This document shows, piece after piece, positions 50,643 through 59,699 of a stretch of 64,000 bases of DNA. This DNA comes from an uncultured bacterium. Lineage in GTDB: Bacteria; Patescibacteriota; Patescibacteriia; UBA9570; XYC2-FULL-38-9. The stretch lies in assembly GCA_937996685.1 (NCBI GenBank), contig CALKUP010000002.1, positions 113,066 through 177,065 on the forward strand, written 5' to 3'. A model generated the notes under the pieces. That model saw only the letters and a list, made by a program, of their open reading frames with translations, did no database searches and had not been told where the DNA came from. Position numbers and translations under genes: made by a program. The first letter of the stretch is position 1; every line of letters begins with the position of its first letter.

Positions 50643-51554
50643 ATGTCTTCAATTATCCGTACAATTCGATTCGCGGCGCAGCATGTTTGGCGTAATTTAT
50701 GGCTTTCTGTTGTCACTTTGTTTTTGCTCGTATTAACAACTATCAGTATGACGCTGGTTGTTGGTTTGAATATCGTCGGCGGCCAGATTATTACAGCAAT
50801 TGAACAAAAGGTGGAAATTGATTTATATTTTTATCAATACGTTCCAGAGCAAGATGTGCTTGATGCGCAAGAATTTGTGCGTGGACTTCCGGAGACACAA
50901 AGTGTTCAGTACACATCCCCACAAGATGCATTGAAAGAATTTAAAGAGAGTCATGCTGACGACACAGCTTTATTGGCATCTCTCTCTGAATTAGATGACT
51001 CTGTATTACCTGCGAGCATCACGATTAAGGCAACGGAAATTTCTTCATATCCTGCAATTTTGGAATCAATCAAAAACTCACCGTACCAAGAATTTGTCGA
51101 CCGAACAGATTATTCAGATAATTCAGAGATGATTTCCCGTATCGAAGAGTTGACGCGTATTGCCAATCAAAGCGCCTTGGTGATTAGTACGATCTTCTTG
51201 ATTATTTCAATCATTGTTATTTTTAATACATTGCGTATTACGATTTATAATTATCGTGAAGAAATCGGGATCATGAAACTTGTCGGAGCAACGAACTCGT
51301 TCATTCGCTTGCCGTTTGTGCTCGAGGGCGCGTTGCTCGGCGCATTGGCTGCGGGTATTACGCTGATTTTAGGATATGGCTTGTTATTCTTGACTGATGA
51401 TTCAGTCCGCGCATTTTTTGAAGGGTACAACTTTTCGTTGTTTGCCTATGCGAAAACGTATTGGTATTACTTTTTCTTCGGAGAAATGATTGGTGCGATT
51501 GTATTGTCAGTGGTTTCCAGTATGATTGCAATCACTCGATATTTGAAAGTGTAA
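50643..51554 (+). CDS. ftsX: Cell division permease FtsX
   Basis: WRNLWLS, NTLR.TIY..REEI.IMKLVGAT.SFIR.PF.LEG. Confidence 0.95.
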   Translation: MSSIIRTIRFAAQHVWRNLWLSVVTLFLLVLTTISMTLVVGLNIVGGQIITAIEQKVEIDLYFYQYVPEQDVLDAQEFVRGLPETQSVQYTSPQDALKEFKESHADDTALLASLSELDDSVLPASITIKATEISSYPAILESIKNSPYQEFVDRTDYSDNSEMISRIEELTRIANQSALVISTIFLIISIIVIFNTLRITIYNYREEIGIMKLVGATNSFIRLPFVLEGALLGALAAGITLILGYGLLFLTDDSVRAFFEGYNFSLFAYAKTYWYYFFFGEMIGAIVLSVVSSMIAITRYLKV

Positions 51555-51573
51555 ATCCAATCCTGTTTTGTAC

Positions 51574-51608
51574 ATAAAAAGACCGTCACAGAATGACGGT
51601 CTTTTTAT
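51574..51608. terminator. Bidirectional terminator after ftsX
   Basis: ATAAAAAGACCGTCA-CAGAA-TGACGGTCTTTTTAT. Confidence 0.9.
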
Positions 51609-51613
51609 TTTCA

Positions 51614-51831
51614 TGCTGGGGAGGAGGGGATTTCGCCTTGCTGGCTCACGCCAGCTTCGTTGTCCTGGGCAGCGCCAATTTGCCACTGGCAAATCGTCGA
51701 CATTCACTGCGTCGCGATCCTTCCTTTGGTCGTTTCGCTCCTGGTTCATTCCTGCCCGTTCGATCCCTCTCAATAAAAAAAAGAATCCGCCCAAAAGGAC
51801 GAATTCATTTTTTTGCTGGGGAGGAGGGGAT
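51614..51831. repeat. 18-bp direct repeat of the tRNA-Gln 3' end, copies 200 bp apart
   Basis: TGCTGGGGAGGAGGGGAT at 51614-51631 and 51814-51831. Confidence 0.9.
51775..51814 (-). terminator. tRNA-Gln terminator
   Basis: Minus strand GAAUUCGUCC-UUUU-GGGCGGAUUC plus U-run (G-U pairs form only on the minus strand). Confidence 0.8.
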
Positions 51832-51887
51832 CGAACCCCCGAATGCATGGACCAAAACCATGTGCCTTACCGCTTGGCGACTCCCCA
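51816..51887 (-). tRNA. tRNA-Gln(TTG), CCA not fully encoded
   Basis: TGGGGAGTCGCCAAGCGGTAAGGCA CATGG-TTTTGGT-CCATG ... GGGGGTTCGATCCCCTCCTCCCCAG; promoter TTGACG-17-TATCCT at 51937-51909. Confidence 0.95.
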
Positions 51888-51981
51888 ATAGATGAGTGCG
51901 CTTGAAGTAGGATATCAAATTCTCAAATTCTCGTCAATAAAATCCTTGTATTTTTACAAGACGGCTGTATTATAGAGATAT

Positions 51982-53289
51982 ATGAATGATTTATCAGCGG
52001 CCCGCGCATTTATTGGTGATTCCCTTGGCTTTCACATTATCTTTGCTTTATTCGGTGTTGGTTTGCCGCTTGCCATTTTTTGTATTGAATGGTGGAGTAT
52101 TCGCCGAAAAAGCGCTGAACTGCTGTCTCTTGCTCATTTTTTGACTCGTATCATGTCATTGTTTGTGATTGTGGGAGTTGTTTCAGGAACGCTGATTGCA
52201 ATTCAAATGAGTGTTATTTGGTCAGGACTTGTTGATTTTGGGGCGCCGATTATCGGAATTCCATTTGCGCTTGAAGGGTATGCGTTTTTGATTGAAGCTG
52301 TGTTTTTGGGTTTTTATGTTTCAACATGGAAGCGGTATGCCGGGTATCATCATCTACTGCTGCTTGTTCCAGTGATTCTTGGTGCTGGCATGTCAGCGGT
52401 ATTTATTACGCTAGCAAATGCTTGGATGAATAATCCGCAAGGCTTTGAAATGGTAAATGGAGTCATGACAAATATCCATCCATGGAAAGGACTTCTTACC
52501 GCAACGGCATTTTTTGAAATTGCACACTCTCTAATTTCATATTACATGACAACATTTTTTGCAATTGCTGGTGTGTGTACATTCCTTATTACCAAAGGTG
52601 GCTCACAGCAGCGGGCACGTGCTCTACGGCTTGTTGTGAATCGTTTCATGTTATTTGGTTTTGTGTGTATTATTTTGCTTGCAGGTCTCGGACATGCGTC
52701 AATGCAACATCTTGCACAAGCAGAGCCGCGTAAATTCGCCGCAATTCAAATGCAGCCAGAAACATTGGATCATGCGCCGTATGTGATTGGAGGTCACCTT
52801 GATTCAAATGAGGAGCATTTGGAAGGAGGACTTCGTATTCCAAATGGATTAAGTATCCTTGCGGATAACGATGCGGATACTGTTGTTCGTGGACTTCGAG
52901 AATATCCGCGCGCTGATTGGCCGCTGTTGATTGTCAATCGTCTCTTTGAAGTAAAGATGGTGCTTGTTGGTTTTTTGACGCTGATCCCATTGCTGTATCT
53001 TGCGTTGTATCGTCGTGCACAAAAAATGTCGCTTGATAGTCGTATCGCGGGTTGGCTTGTACTTTGTTCGGGTCCGCTGTCCGTTCTTCTTGTAGAGCTC
53101 GGCTGGATGATTACAGAGCTTGGTAGGCAGCCATATGCGGTTGCAGGATATTTGCGCGTTGAACAAGCGTTTACTGCAAGCGTCTCGGTGATGGAGTGGG
53201 GATTTATTTTCCCTGTAGCTTTTGTCTTGCTGTTTGTTGTGTCGTTTGGCGTTGCTTTTCAAATGATTCGTAAAGAAGGACCACTATGA
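51982..53289 (+). CDS. cydA: Cytochrome bd ubiquinol oxidase subunit I
   Basis: GFHIIF, EG.AF..EA, NAWM..P.G, H heme ligand (EIAHS), GW...ELGRQP. Confidence 0.92.
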   Translation: MNDLSAARAFIGDSLGFHIIFALFGVGLPLAIFCIEWWSIRRKSAELLSLAHFLTRIMSLFVIVGVVSGTLIAIQMSVIWSGLVDFGAPIIGIPFALEGYAFLIEAVFLGFYVSTWKRYAGYHHLLLLVPVILGAGMSAVFITLANAWMNNPQGFEMVNGVMTNIHPWKGLLTATAFFEIAHSLISYYMTTFFAIAGVCTFLITKGGSQQRARALRLVVNRFMLFGFVCIILLAGLGHASMQHLAQAEPRKFAAIQMQPETLDHAPYVIGGHLDSNEEHLEGGLRIPNGLSILADNDADTVVRGLREYPRADWPLLIVNRLFEVKMVLVGFLTLIPLLYLALYRRAQKMSLDSRIAGWLVLCSGPLSVLLVELGWMITELGRQPYAVAGYLRVEQAFTASVSVMEWGFIFPVAFVLLFVVSFGVAFQMIRKEGPL

Positions 53290-53810
53290 ACATCGCATTA
53301 TTTTTTGTTATTTTTCCGTTAGTGCTCTATGTCCCGCTATTGCTCATTGAAATGAATCTGTCATTTTTGAGTATCGCCCGAGGTCGCTCGTTTAATGATT
53401 ACATGCATGTGACGTGGGAAACAACACATACCTTATTGATCCTTTCAGTGATCGCGTTTGTGTGGTTGTTCAATGACGCAGTGCCAATGGTGGCTCCTGT
53501 TGTTGCGCTTCCGTTGCTTCTCGCGGCTCTTTGCTTTTTATTACGGGCTGCTGCATATATTATTGTGTACTATGAATGGGGGACGCATCCACTGCAGCGA
53601 TTTGCGAGTCAATGTTTTGCAGTATCACACCTTGTGCTGGTTGCTGGCCTGTTATGGGTAGTGTATGGAGTTGCAACAACAGTGCCGTGGAATACGGTTG
53701 TGATTCAATCAAGTTTGATTATCTATCTCTGGCCAGGTGCAATCGCAACGCTTGTTATCGTGGCGTTTCCGGTTGCTCAAATGTATAAAACACTCGCTTC
53801 AATCGATTAA
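53286..53810 (+). CDS. Short CydB-like membrane protein (174 aa)
   Basis: ATGA-coupled to cydA; Y..L..IE, WETTHTLL (compare WEVTNVFF), LR motif; about 5 TM. Confidence 0.6.
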   Translation: MNIALFFVIFPLVLYVPLLLIEMNLSFLSIARGRSFNDYMHVTWETTHTLLILSVIAFVWLFNDAVPMVAPVVALPLLLAALCFLLRAAAYIIVYYEWGTHPLQRFASQCFAVSHLVLVAGLLWVVYGVATTVPWNTVVIQSSLIIYLWPGAIATLVIVAFPVAQMYKTLASID

Positions 53811-55183
53811 AGAATTTGCGTTTCTTCAATGTCTGTTGTGCGGCCTTCGAAGATGACTTCAAGTGCGCGATTCGTCCCTTGATGTGGCGCGTTTGCAAAG
53901 CCGCTGTAGGCAGCTTCTGCGAGCCAACCAGAATGCACCCAATCGAGTAGCCAGTCTCCAGCGTTGCTTGGGGCTAATTGATCAATGCCAGCACCGGTTG
54001 AAAGGAGCCATTGTCGATTAAAGTCTTCTTGTGATCCAACGGGTTCTGTCATAATGATAGGAAGACCGAGTCCGGCGTAAAACGACAACTCGCTTGGTTT
54101 TGTCCATAGTACATCAGTTTCGTTGAGGACATGGTTGAATTTTTCAAAGTAATGATATTTGTTTGCGTCGTACACAATATTCACAAGATGGCCGTGGTCA
54201 GCGAGGCCTAGTTCGCGGCAGAGGTTTTCAAAATAGCGAAACACATCATCTCGTGATCCGGCAATCAGATTGAGCTTAATGCGACCTTCAAGAATGTGCG
54301 GCTGCAAACTGCGCAGAATGGTGCTCGCAACTTCACGCTGTGCTCCAGCACCACCAACAGCAAACGTGACAGTCAGTGGATGGTGATCTTCGATCACGCA
54401 ATATTGAGTGCCAAGATATTGCTCCAATGTTTTCATGTACTTTTCACGCCATTTGTTTTCTGGATCAAGAGCACAAAGCCTCCGGCCAACAGACGTCTTG
54501 AGAACCTCAAAGTCATCCCCAATGTTTTCAGCAGGAAGCGGGAAGCCAGTGGTGATAATGTTTTTTTCTGGAACACCGTAGCGAATCAAACGCTCTTTCA
54601 CACGAAAGGTCGGAGCGAGGTATTGAATACGTGTTGTTTCAGCATTCAGCGGTGCCCATGCGCGACTGACATCGGTGTCTGTGCAGATACAGTAAATATC
54701 GCCTTGATATCCGTGCTCTTCAGCAAAAAAGGCAATCGTGAAAAATGATGTAATCAGTGGTAGTGGTTTTTCGTTCAGCGTGTCGATCAAGTGTTTACCC
54801 CAACCGCGTTTAATCAATCCGTAGATTTGCTTGAGCTGAAAGGACGGATCATGCTCAGTGCGTTTTGGGTAGAACGGTTGAATCCGTTGCATGTAGTCCA
54901 TGATGCCAAACGCAGCCGTCCCAAGCAGTGGGATGCGTTTCATCCGAGAAATTTTTTCGTAAAATGATTGGCCGGATGTCCAGAGTTTTTGATCGCGCTT
55001 CGGAATGCCTTGGTAGTGATTCGCAACAATAATAGTACTGCCGGTTTCGTTCCAGCTATCTGGAGCCACAGCAACATGCGCGAGTGGATAGACAGCGCGT
55101 TGATGGCCATAGCCCATGTCGACGGTAACGACGTAGGCTTCTTGTGTGGTGGGTGTTTTGGGATTTTGGGGTGTGGTTTCCAT
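53807..55183 (-). CDS. GT-B fold glycosyltransferase-like protein (MGDG synthase/UgtP-like)
   Basis: MGYGHQRA, CTD, TG.P, GGAG, TKP.E...GLP......GSQE..N. Confidence 0.7.
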   Translation of the reverse strand: METTPQNPKTPTTQEAYVVTVDMGYGHQRAVYPLAHVAVAPDSWNETGSTIIVANHYQGIPKRDQKLWTSGQSFYEKISRMKRIPLLGTAAFGIMDYMQRIQPFYPKRTEHDPSFQLKQIYGLIKRGWGKHLIDTLNEKPLPLITSFFTIAFFAEEHGYQGDIYCICTDTDVSRAWAPLNAETTRIQYLAPTFRVKERLIRYGVPEKNIITTGFPLPAENIGDDFEVLKTSVGRRLCALDPENKWREKYMKTLEQYLGTQYCVIEDHHPLTVTFAVGGAGAQREVASTILRSLQPHILEGRIKLNLIAGSRDDVFRYFENLCRELGLADHGHLVNIVYDANKYHYFEKFNHVLNETDVLWTKPSELSFYAGLGLPIIMTEPVGSQEDFNRQWLLSTGAGIDQLAPSNAGDWLLDWVHSGWLAEAAYSGFANAPHQGTNRALEVIFEGRTTDIEETQIL

Positions 55184-55199
55184 ATCCCAATAGTATACC

Positions 55200-56339
55200 T
55201 TATTTTCGAGTCAAATGCGTTACCAGCTCAACATGGGGTGTGTGTGGAAACATGTCGATCGCTCGCATGAATGAAACGGTGTAGTGTTTTTTCAATTGAA
55301 CCATTTCACGGGCAAAGTTTTTTGCATTGCACGAAACGTAGATAATCTCAGGTGGAAGGATGCGCAGAACATCAGCAAGAGCTGAATCGTGCATGCCGCT
55401 GCGTGGTGGGTCAAGGATCACGCAATCCGCGTTATATCCGCCCCAGTCAAAGTCTTCTGTTTTTTGGGCGGTGAGTTCAATACGGTCAGTTCCAATGCCG
55501 TTGAGTGTCGCATTTCGCCGCGCATCTTCAATGGCTTCTGGAACAATTTCAACCCCGATCACTGTTGTGTCTGGAAGTTTCATTGCGGCGCTTATTCCAA
55601 AAAATCCAGAACCACAATACAGGTCAAGGAGGGTTTTTGGTGCTACTGCTGCGATGCGTTCCAAAACTGTTTGCTGCAAGACACTCGCGCCATGCGGATT
55701 CGTTTGAAAAAAGGCATTTGGAGAAATTGCAAATTGTACGCCATTGATTTCTTCGTGAATGACGCCATCGCCAGAAATCACACGGAGTTCATCGCCGACG
55801 CTCACATCTGAAATGGTGTGGTTAATGCTCCAGATAACAGTTGTGGCGCCGCTGCTGCTCGCGAGTGTTTCCAGTGCCGTTTGTGTCGCAGCTTCTTCTG
55901 CAGGGTCTGCGGGCGCGCTTGTGACAATCGTAATCATGGTTTCGCCTTTGAGCGTGGAGCGAATCACAGCATAGCGGAGCAGTCCGGTGTGTGCCTTGCG
56001 ATCAAAAAATGTTAACTCGGAGGTCTTCGTCCAATCTCGGACACTGTGAAACAAGCGTTCAATATCTTCACTCGCTAAAAAGCAGGTGTGGTCGTCGATC
56101 ACGCGCCACCACTTTCCTTTTTGCCGCAAACCAACACGACCTTCAAAATCGATGACAAAATCCATTCGGTTGCGGAAGTGTTCTGTTACGGGTGAGGGGA
56201 GGATTTCCTCGCATTTCAAATCCAGCTCTTTCAAGGCGAATGATCCGTTAATGTCTGCAAGTTTTTGGGTGAGTTGTTTGTCATACGGGATATGTGACCA
56301 ACCACATGATCCGCAGAGCTCTTTGTTTGGGCAATTCAT
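55200..56339 (-). CDS. rlmD: RlmD/TrmA-family RNA m5U methyltransferase (no TRAM domain)
   Basis: CP...CGSC, FFQTN, DLYCGSG, DPPRSG, YVSCN, DMFPHT.HVE; TGC-TACAGT 6 nt before ATG. Confidence 0.85.
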   Translation of the reverse strand: MNCPNKELCGSCGWSHIPYDKQLTQKLADINGSFALKELDLKCEEILPSPVTEHFRNRMDFVIDFEGRVGLRQKGKWWRVIDDHTCFLASEDIERLFHSVRDWTKTSELTFFDRKAHTGLLRYAVIRSTLKGETMITIVTSAPADPAEEAATQTALETLASSSGATTVIWSINHTISDVSVGDELRVISGDGVIHEEINGVQFAISPNAFFQTNPHGASVLQQTVLERIAAVAPKTLLDLYCGSGFFGISAAMKLPDTTVIGVEIVPEAIEDARRNATLNGIGTDRIELTAQKTEDFDWGGYNADCVILDPPRSGMHDSALADVLRILPPEIIYVSCNAKNFAREMVQLKKHYTVSFMRAIDMFPHTPHVELVTHLTRK

Positions 56340-56411
56340 GCCTATACTGTAGCAAATGAGTTATAAAAACGCTATTTTTTGCGTATGTTACACATTGCTG
56401 GGGATAAATAA

Positions 56412-56440
56412 TTGACAAAATCACAAAAAAGTTGCATTAT
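56412..56440 (+). promoter_or_regulatory. Promoter TTGACA-17-CATTAT, 6 nt before ATG 56447
   Basis: Consensus -35 and exact spacing. Confidence 0.65.
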
Positions 56441-56446
56441 GTGCCC

Positions 56447-56524
56447 ATGTTTAAAGGAATGATTGCAGTCAGTATTGCTCTCTTCTTGTTCATCATGGTG
56501 AGCAGCACAATGTCCATTGCATAG
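56447..56524 (+). CDS. Unannotated 25-aa hydrophobic peptide MFKGMIAVSIALFLFIMVSSTMSIA
   Basis: Leaderless position behind promoter; stop is 2 nt before the NAD kinase ATG. Confidence 0.55.
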   Translation: MFKGMIAVSIALFLFIMVSSTMSIA

Positions 56525-56526
56525 GC

Positions 56527-57318
56527 ATGAAACGTGTCTATGTGGTCGGAATGGTGCGCGACGCATTGATTGACCGTATTAAGAAGGGATATCCAGGTCT
56601 TCAGGTAGTGAATGACCGTTTTTTGGTTGACGGAGATGTTGGGAAGGCGGATTGCGATGTGGTGATTTGTTACGGAGGCGATGGAACATTGTTGTATGGA
56701 GAAGAACATATCCCGGAGGTTCCAAAAATGATGCTGCGGAATACGATGCTGTGTGATTCCTGTGTTGCGCGGACAGAGCGCGACATGCTTGCAGCGCTGG
56801 CTGATGATCAGTATACGATTCAAGAGTACGATAAATTAGAAGCACGTGGTGCGCGGACACATACAGCGTTATATGATGTGATGATTGGTCACGCGCGTGT
56901 GAACATGAGCGTGCGTCTGCGTTTTGCTGTGAATGGAAAACCGCATGTAGAAGAGGTTGTTGGTGATGGCATTGTGATCAGTACAGCACTTGGTTCAACA
57001 GGGTATTATCAAAGTATTACGCGGAGTAATTTTAGTGGCGGGATTGGTATTGCATTTAATAACTCCGTCAATACAATGAGTAATGTTGTTGTTGATGCAG
57101 ATTCTGTTATTGATGTTGACATTACACGCGGGCCAGCAGTGCTCGCAACAGACAATACAGAAGATACAGAAATCGTGGAGACGGGAAATGCAATTCAGAT
57201 TCGACGATCGCAGCACACTGGAAAATTACTGTCATTTGCAGGAGAGCTTGAGCAATACAATTTTGCGACACACCGTTTTCCAGCGGGAATTTGTCAGCTC
57301 TGTCAATCACACATATGA
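56527..57318 (+). CDS. nadK: NAD kinase family protein
   Basis: GGDGTLL, GDGIVIST..GSTGY..S. Confidence 0.8.
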   Translation: MKRVYVVGMVRDALIDRIKKGYPGLQVVNDRFLVDGDVGKADCDVVICYGGDGTLLYGEEHIPEVPKMMLRNTMLCDSCVARTERDMLAALADDQYTIQEYDKLEARGARTHTALYDVMIGHARVNMSVRLRFAVNGKPHVEEVVGDGIVISTALGSTGYYQSITRSNFSGGIGIAFNNSVNTMSNVVVDADSVIDVDITRGPAVLATDNTEDTEIVETGNAIQIRRSQHTGKLLSFAGELEQYNFATHRFPAGICQLCQSHI

Positions 57319-57893
57319 TTTCCATTGTTACTGGTAACACAAAAAAATTCACAGAAATGCAACATGCGCTTTCTGCATTTGATATCGCGGTTGAGCAAGT
57401 GCAGGTTGATGTTCCGGAATTACAAACACGTGATCACGAGGCAGTGATTCGCGCAAAAACAGCGGCGGCCTATGCGGCGACACAGCGTCCGGTGCTTGTT
57501 GATGATTCGGGTTTTTATATTGAGCGGCACCAGCAATTCCCAGGTGTGTACACAAAAGATGTGTACAAGATGATTGGGTATGACGGTTTGCGGGCGTTGA
57601 CCTCTGAAGGAGACGCAGCGGAGTTTCGGTGCTTTGTTGGATATATGGACGAGACGCTCAACGAGCCAATGATTTTTCGTGGTGTGTACTCTGGCAGCGT
57701 GACGCATGACTTTGACAGCGAGGCTGCCGCGAAGACCCATGCTGAAATGCCGTATGTTGTCTTGTTTGTGCCGGACATCCAGCCGAATACAAATGCTTCA
57801 AAATCCCTTGCATATTTTTCTGAAGACGAGCGCTCGAGTGATCACAGACATCAAGCCTTGCAGGCATTTGCACAGTGGTATCGCTCGCGGTAA
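57315..57893 (+). CDS. Non-canonical purine NTP pyrophosphatase (Ham1/RdgB family)
   Basis: TGN.KK..E, ELQ, DDSG, FPGVY.K, HR..AL; start at ATG 57315. Confidence 0.85.
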   Translation: MISIVTGNTKKFTEMQHALSAFDIAVEQVQVDVPELQTRDHEAVIRAKTAAAYAATQRPVLVDDSGFYIERHQQFPGVYTKDVYKMIGYDGLRALTSEGDAAEFRCFVGYMDETLNEPMIFRGVYSGSVTHDFDSEAAAKTHAEMPYVVLFVPDIQPNTNASKSLAYFSEDERSSDHRHQALQAFAQWYRSR

Positions 57894-57902
57894 ACTGTCT
57901 AC

Positions 57903-59249
57903 ATGAATATCACATTTTATGGTGCAAGTGAGCAAGTGACAGGTTCGCAATATCTTGTGCAATCAACTCAAACAACGTTATTGGTCGATTCTGGTTTATT
58001 TCAAGGAAGCGGTGATAATTGGAAAGAGAATTTCGCTGATTTTTCGTTTGACCCACAAACGGTTGATGCGTTGGTGTTGACGCACGCGCATTTAGATCAT
58101 TGCGGTCGGATTCCAAAATTGGTGCGCGAAGGATTTTCTGGAAAAATTATCGGAACAGCTCCAACGCTTGAGCTCGCGCGGTTAATCTTGGAAGACTCGG
58201 TTCGGATTATTGAAGAGCATGCGATTGAGCAAGGAATGCCGCAGTTGTACTCAGTGGAAGATGTGTCAGCAGCGACGGAGTTGTTTCATCCAATTTCTTA
58301 TCACGAAAAAACATTGGTGGGCGATATTGCAATCGAGTTGTATGACGCGGGTCATATTCTTGGGTCATCAATTGTAGTGCTTGAGTCAGAGAGTAAGCGT
58401 GTGGTGTTTTCTGGTGATCTTGGAAATGCGCCAGTGCCGTTGTTGTATCCAACAGAATATATTGAGAGCGCGGATTTGGTCGTTATGGAATCAACATATG
58501 GCGGACGCATTCACGAAGATGTTGCGACTCGAACAGCAGAGCTCAAGGCGATTATTGCAGAGACGGTGAATGCCGGCGGAGTGTTAATGATTCCGGCCTT
58601 TGCATTAGAGCGCACGCAAGAATTGTTGTTTGAGATGAATAAAATGGTTGAGCGAAAAGAAATTCCAGATGTACCAATCTATTTAGATAGCCCGCTGGCC
58701 ATTAATGCGACAAATGTCTTTTTGCGGTATCCAGAATATTTAAATGATGAAACGCAGCTCAAAATGAAAGGGGATAATATTTTTGATTTCCCCGGACTCT
58801 TGATGACAGAATCAGTGGCGAAGTCAAAAATGATTAACCACGCGCCGGCACCAAAAATTATTATTGCGGGAAGTGGAATGGCAGAAGGTGGTCGAATTGT
58901 TAAGCACATTGAACGTTATATCGGCAGCCCACAAAATCACTATTTGATTATCGGATATCAAGTAGAAGGAACACTTGGCCGGGCCCTGCGTGACGGAGAA
59001 AAAATAGTGAAGATTAATGGGCAAGAATTTGAGGTGAATGCAAAGGTGTCTGCAATCGGCGGGTATTCAGCGCACGCAGATCAAGACAAGTTGACTGACT
59101 GGCTCCTTCATATGAATCAAAGTCGATTGAAGCAAGTGTGTATTACACACGGGGAGCTTGAGCAAGCAACAGCGTTTAAACAGCACATTGAAGAACATGT
59201 GTCTGCAAGCGTCACTATTCCACATGTTGGCCAGGTGATCACTGTCTAA
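57903..59249 (+). CDS. Metallo-beta-lactamase/beta-CASP RNase (YSH1-like)
   Basis: THAHLDHCG, AGHILGS, SGDLG, ESTYG, SAHAD, HGE. Confidence 0.93.
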   Translation: MNITFYGASEQVTGSQYLVQSTQTTLLVDSGLFQGSGDNWKENFADFSFDPQTVDALVLTHAHLDHCGRIPKLVREGFSGKIIGTAPTLELARLILEDSVRIIEEHAIEQGMPQLYSVEDVSAATELFHPISYHEKTLVGDIAIELYDAGHILGSSIVVLESESKRVVFSGDLGNAPVPLLYPTEYIESADLVVMESTYGGRIHEDVATRTAELKAIIAETVNAGGVLMIPAFALERTQELLFEMNKMVERKEIPDVPIYLDSPLAINATNVFLRYPEYLNDETQLKMKGDNIFDFPGLLMTESVAKSKMINHAPAPKIIIAGSGMAEGGRIVKHIERYIGSPQNHYLIIGYQVEGTLGRALRDGEKIVKINGQEFEVNAKVSAIGGYSAHADQDKLTDWLLHMNQSRLKQVCITHGELEQATAFKQHIEEHVSASVTIPHVGQVITV

Positions 59250-59303
59250 TGCCGTTGAGTTGTGCTATGCTGTATCTATAATTAGTCATTTTATTTAGAT
59301 AGT

Positions 59304-59636
59304 ATGGCAACAAAGAAAAAAACTACTTCAAAATTTTTAATCGGCGCTGGTGTTGCAGCTGCAACAGCGGCTGGCATGGTTGCGTTTTTAACACAAACCA
59401 AACACGGTAAAGCAATGATTAAAGAAGGTCGCGAACATGCGGAAGATTTGTCACGTGAAATCAGTAAGCGTGTTGAAAAGAGTACAAAGATGACCAAGAA
59501 AATGTACGAAGACATGATCGATGATTTACTGGTTGAGTACACAAAGCGTAAAAAGATGACTGAAGCCGCGGCAAAAGAGTTGTCTGCTTCTCTCAAAAAA
59601 GAGTGGACAAAAGTACAAAAGGAATTGAAGAAATAA
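59304..59636 (+). CDS. YtxH-like small membrane-anchored helical protein
   Basis: Gly/Ala N-terminal anchor then Lys/Glu coiled coil. Confidence 0.7.
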   Translation: MATKKKTTSKFLIGAGVAAATAAGMVAFLTQTKHGKAMIKEGREHAEDLSREISKRVEKSTKMTKKMYEDMIDDLLVEYTKRKKMTEAAAKELSASLKKEWTKVQKELKK

Positions 59637-59657
59637 CAACTGCCGACAACGCAGGGG

Positions 59658-59692
59658 AAACCGTGGACAAGATCCGCGGTTTTTTGTACACT
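59658..59692 (+). terminator. Terminator hairpin that also contains the next promoter (TGGACA-17-TACACT)
   Basis: AAACCGTGGA-CAAGA-TCCGCGGTTT plus T-run; -10 at 59687-59692, ATG at 59700. Confidence 0.65.
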
Positions 59693-59699
59693 GCCGGGA

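Noticed and set aside
51507-51895. Three ORFs of 100-113 aa over the tRNA-Gln region
   Set aside because: They overlap the tRNA and two terminators and are by-products of GC-rich structured DNA
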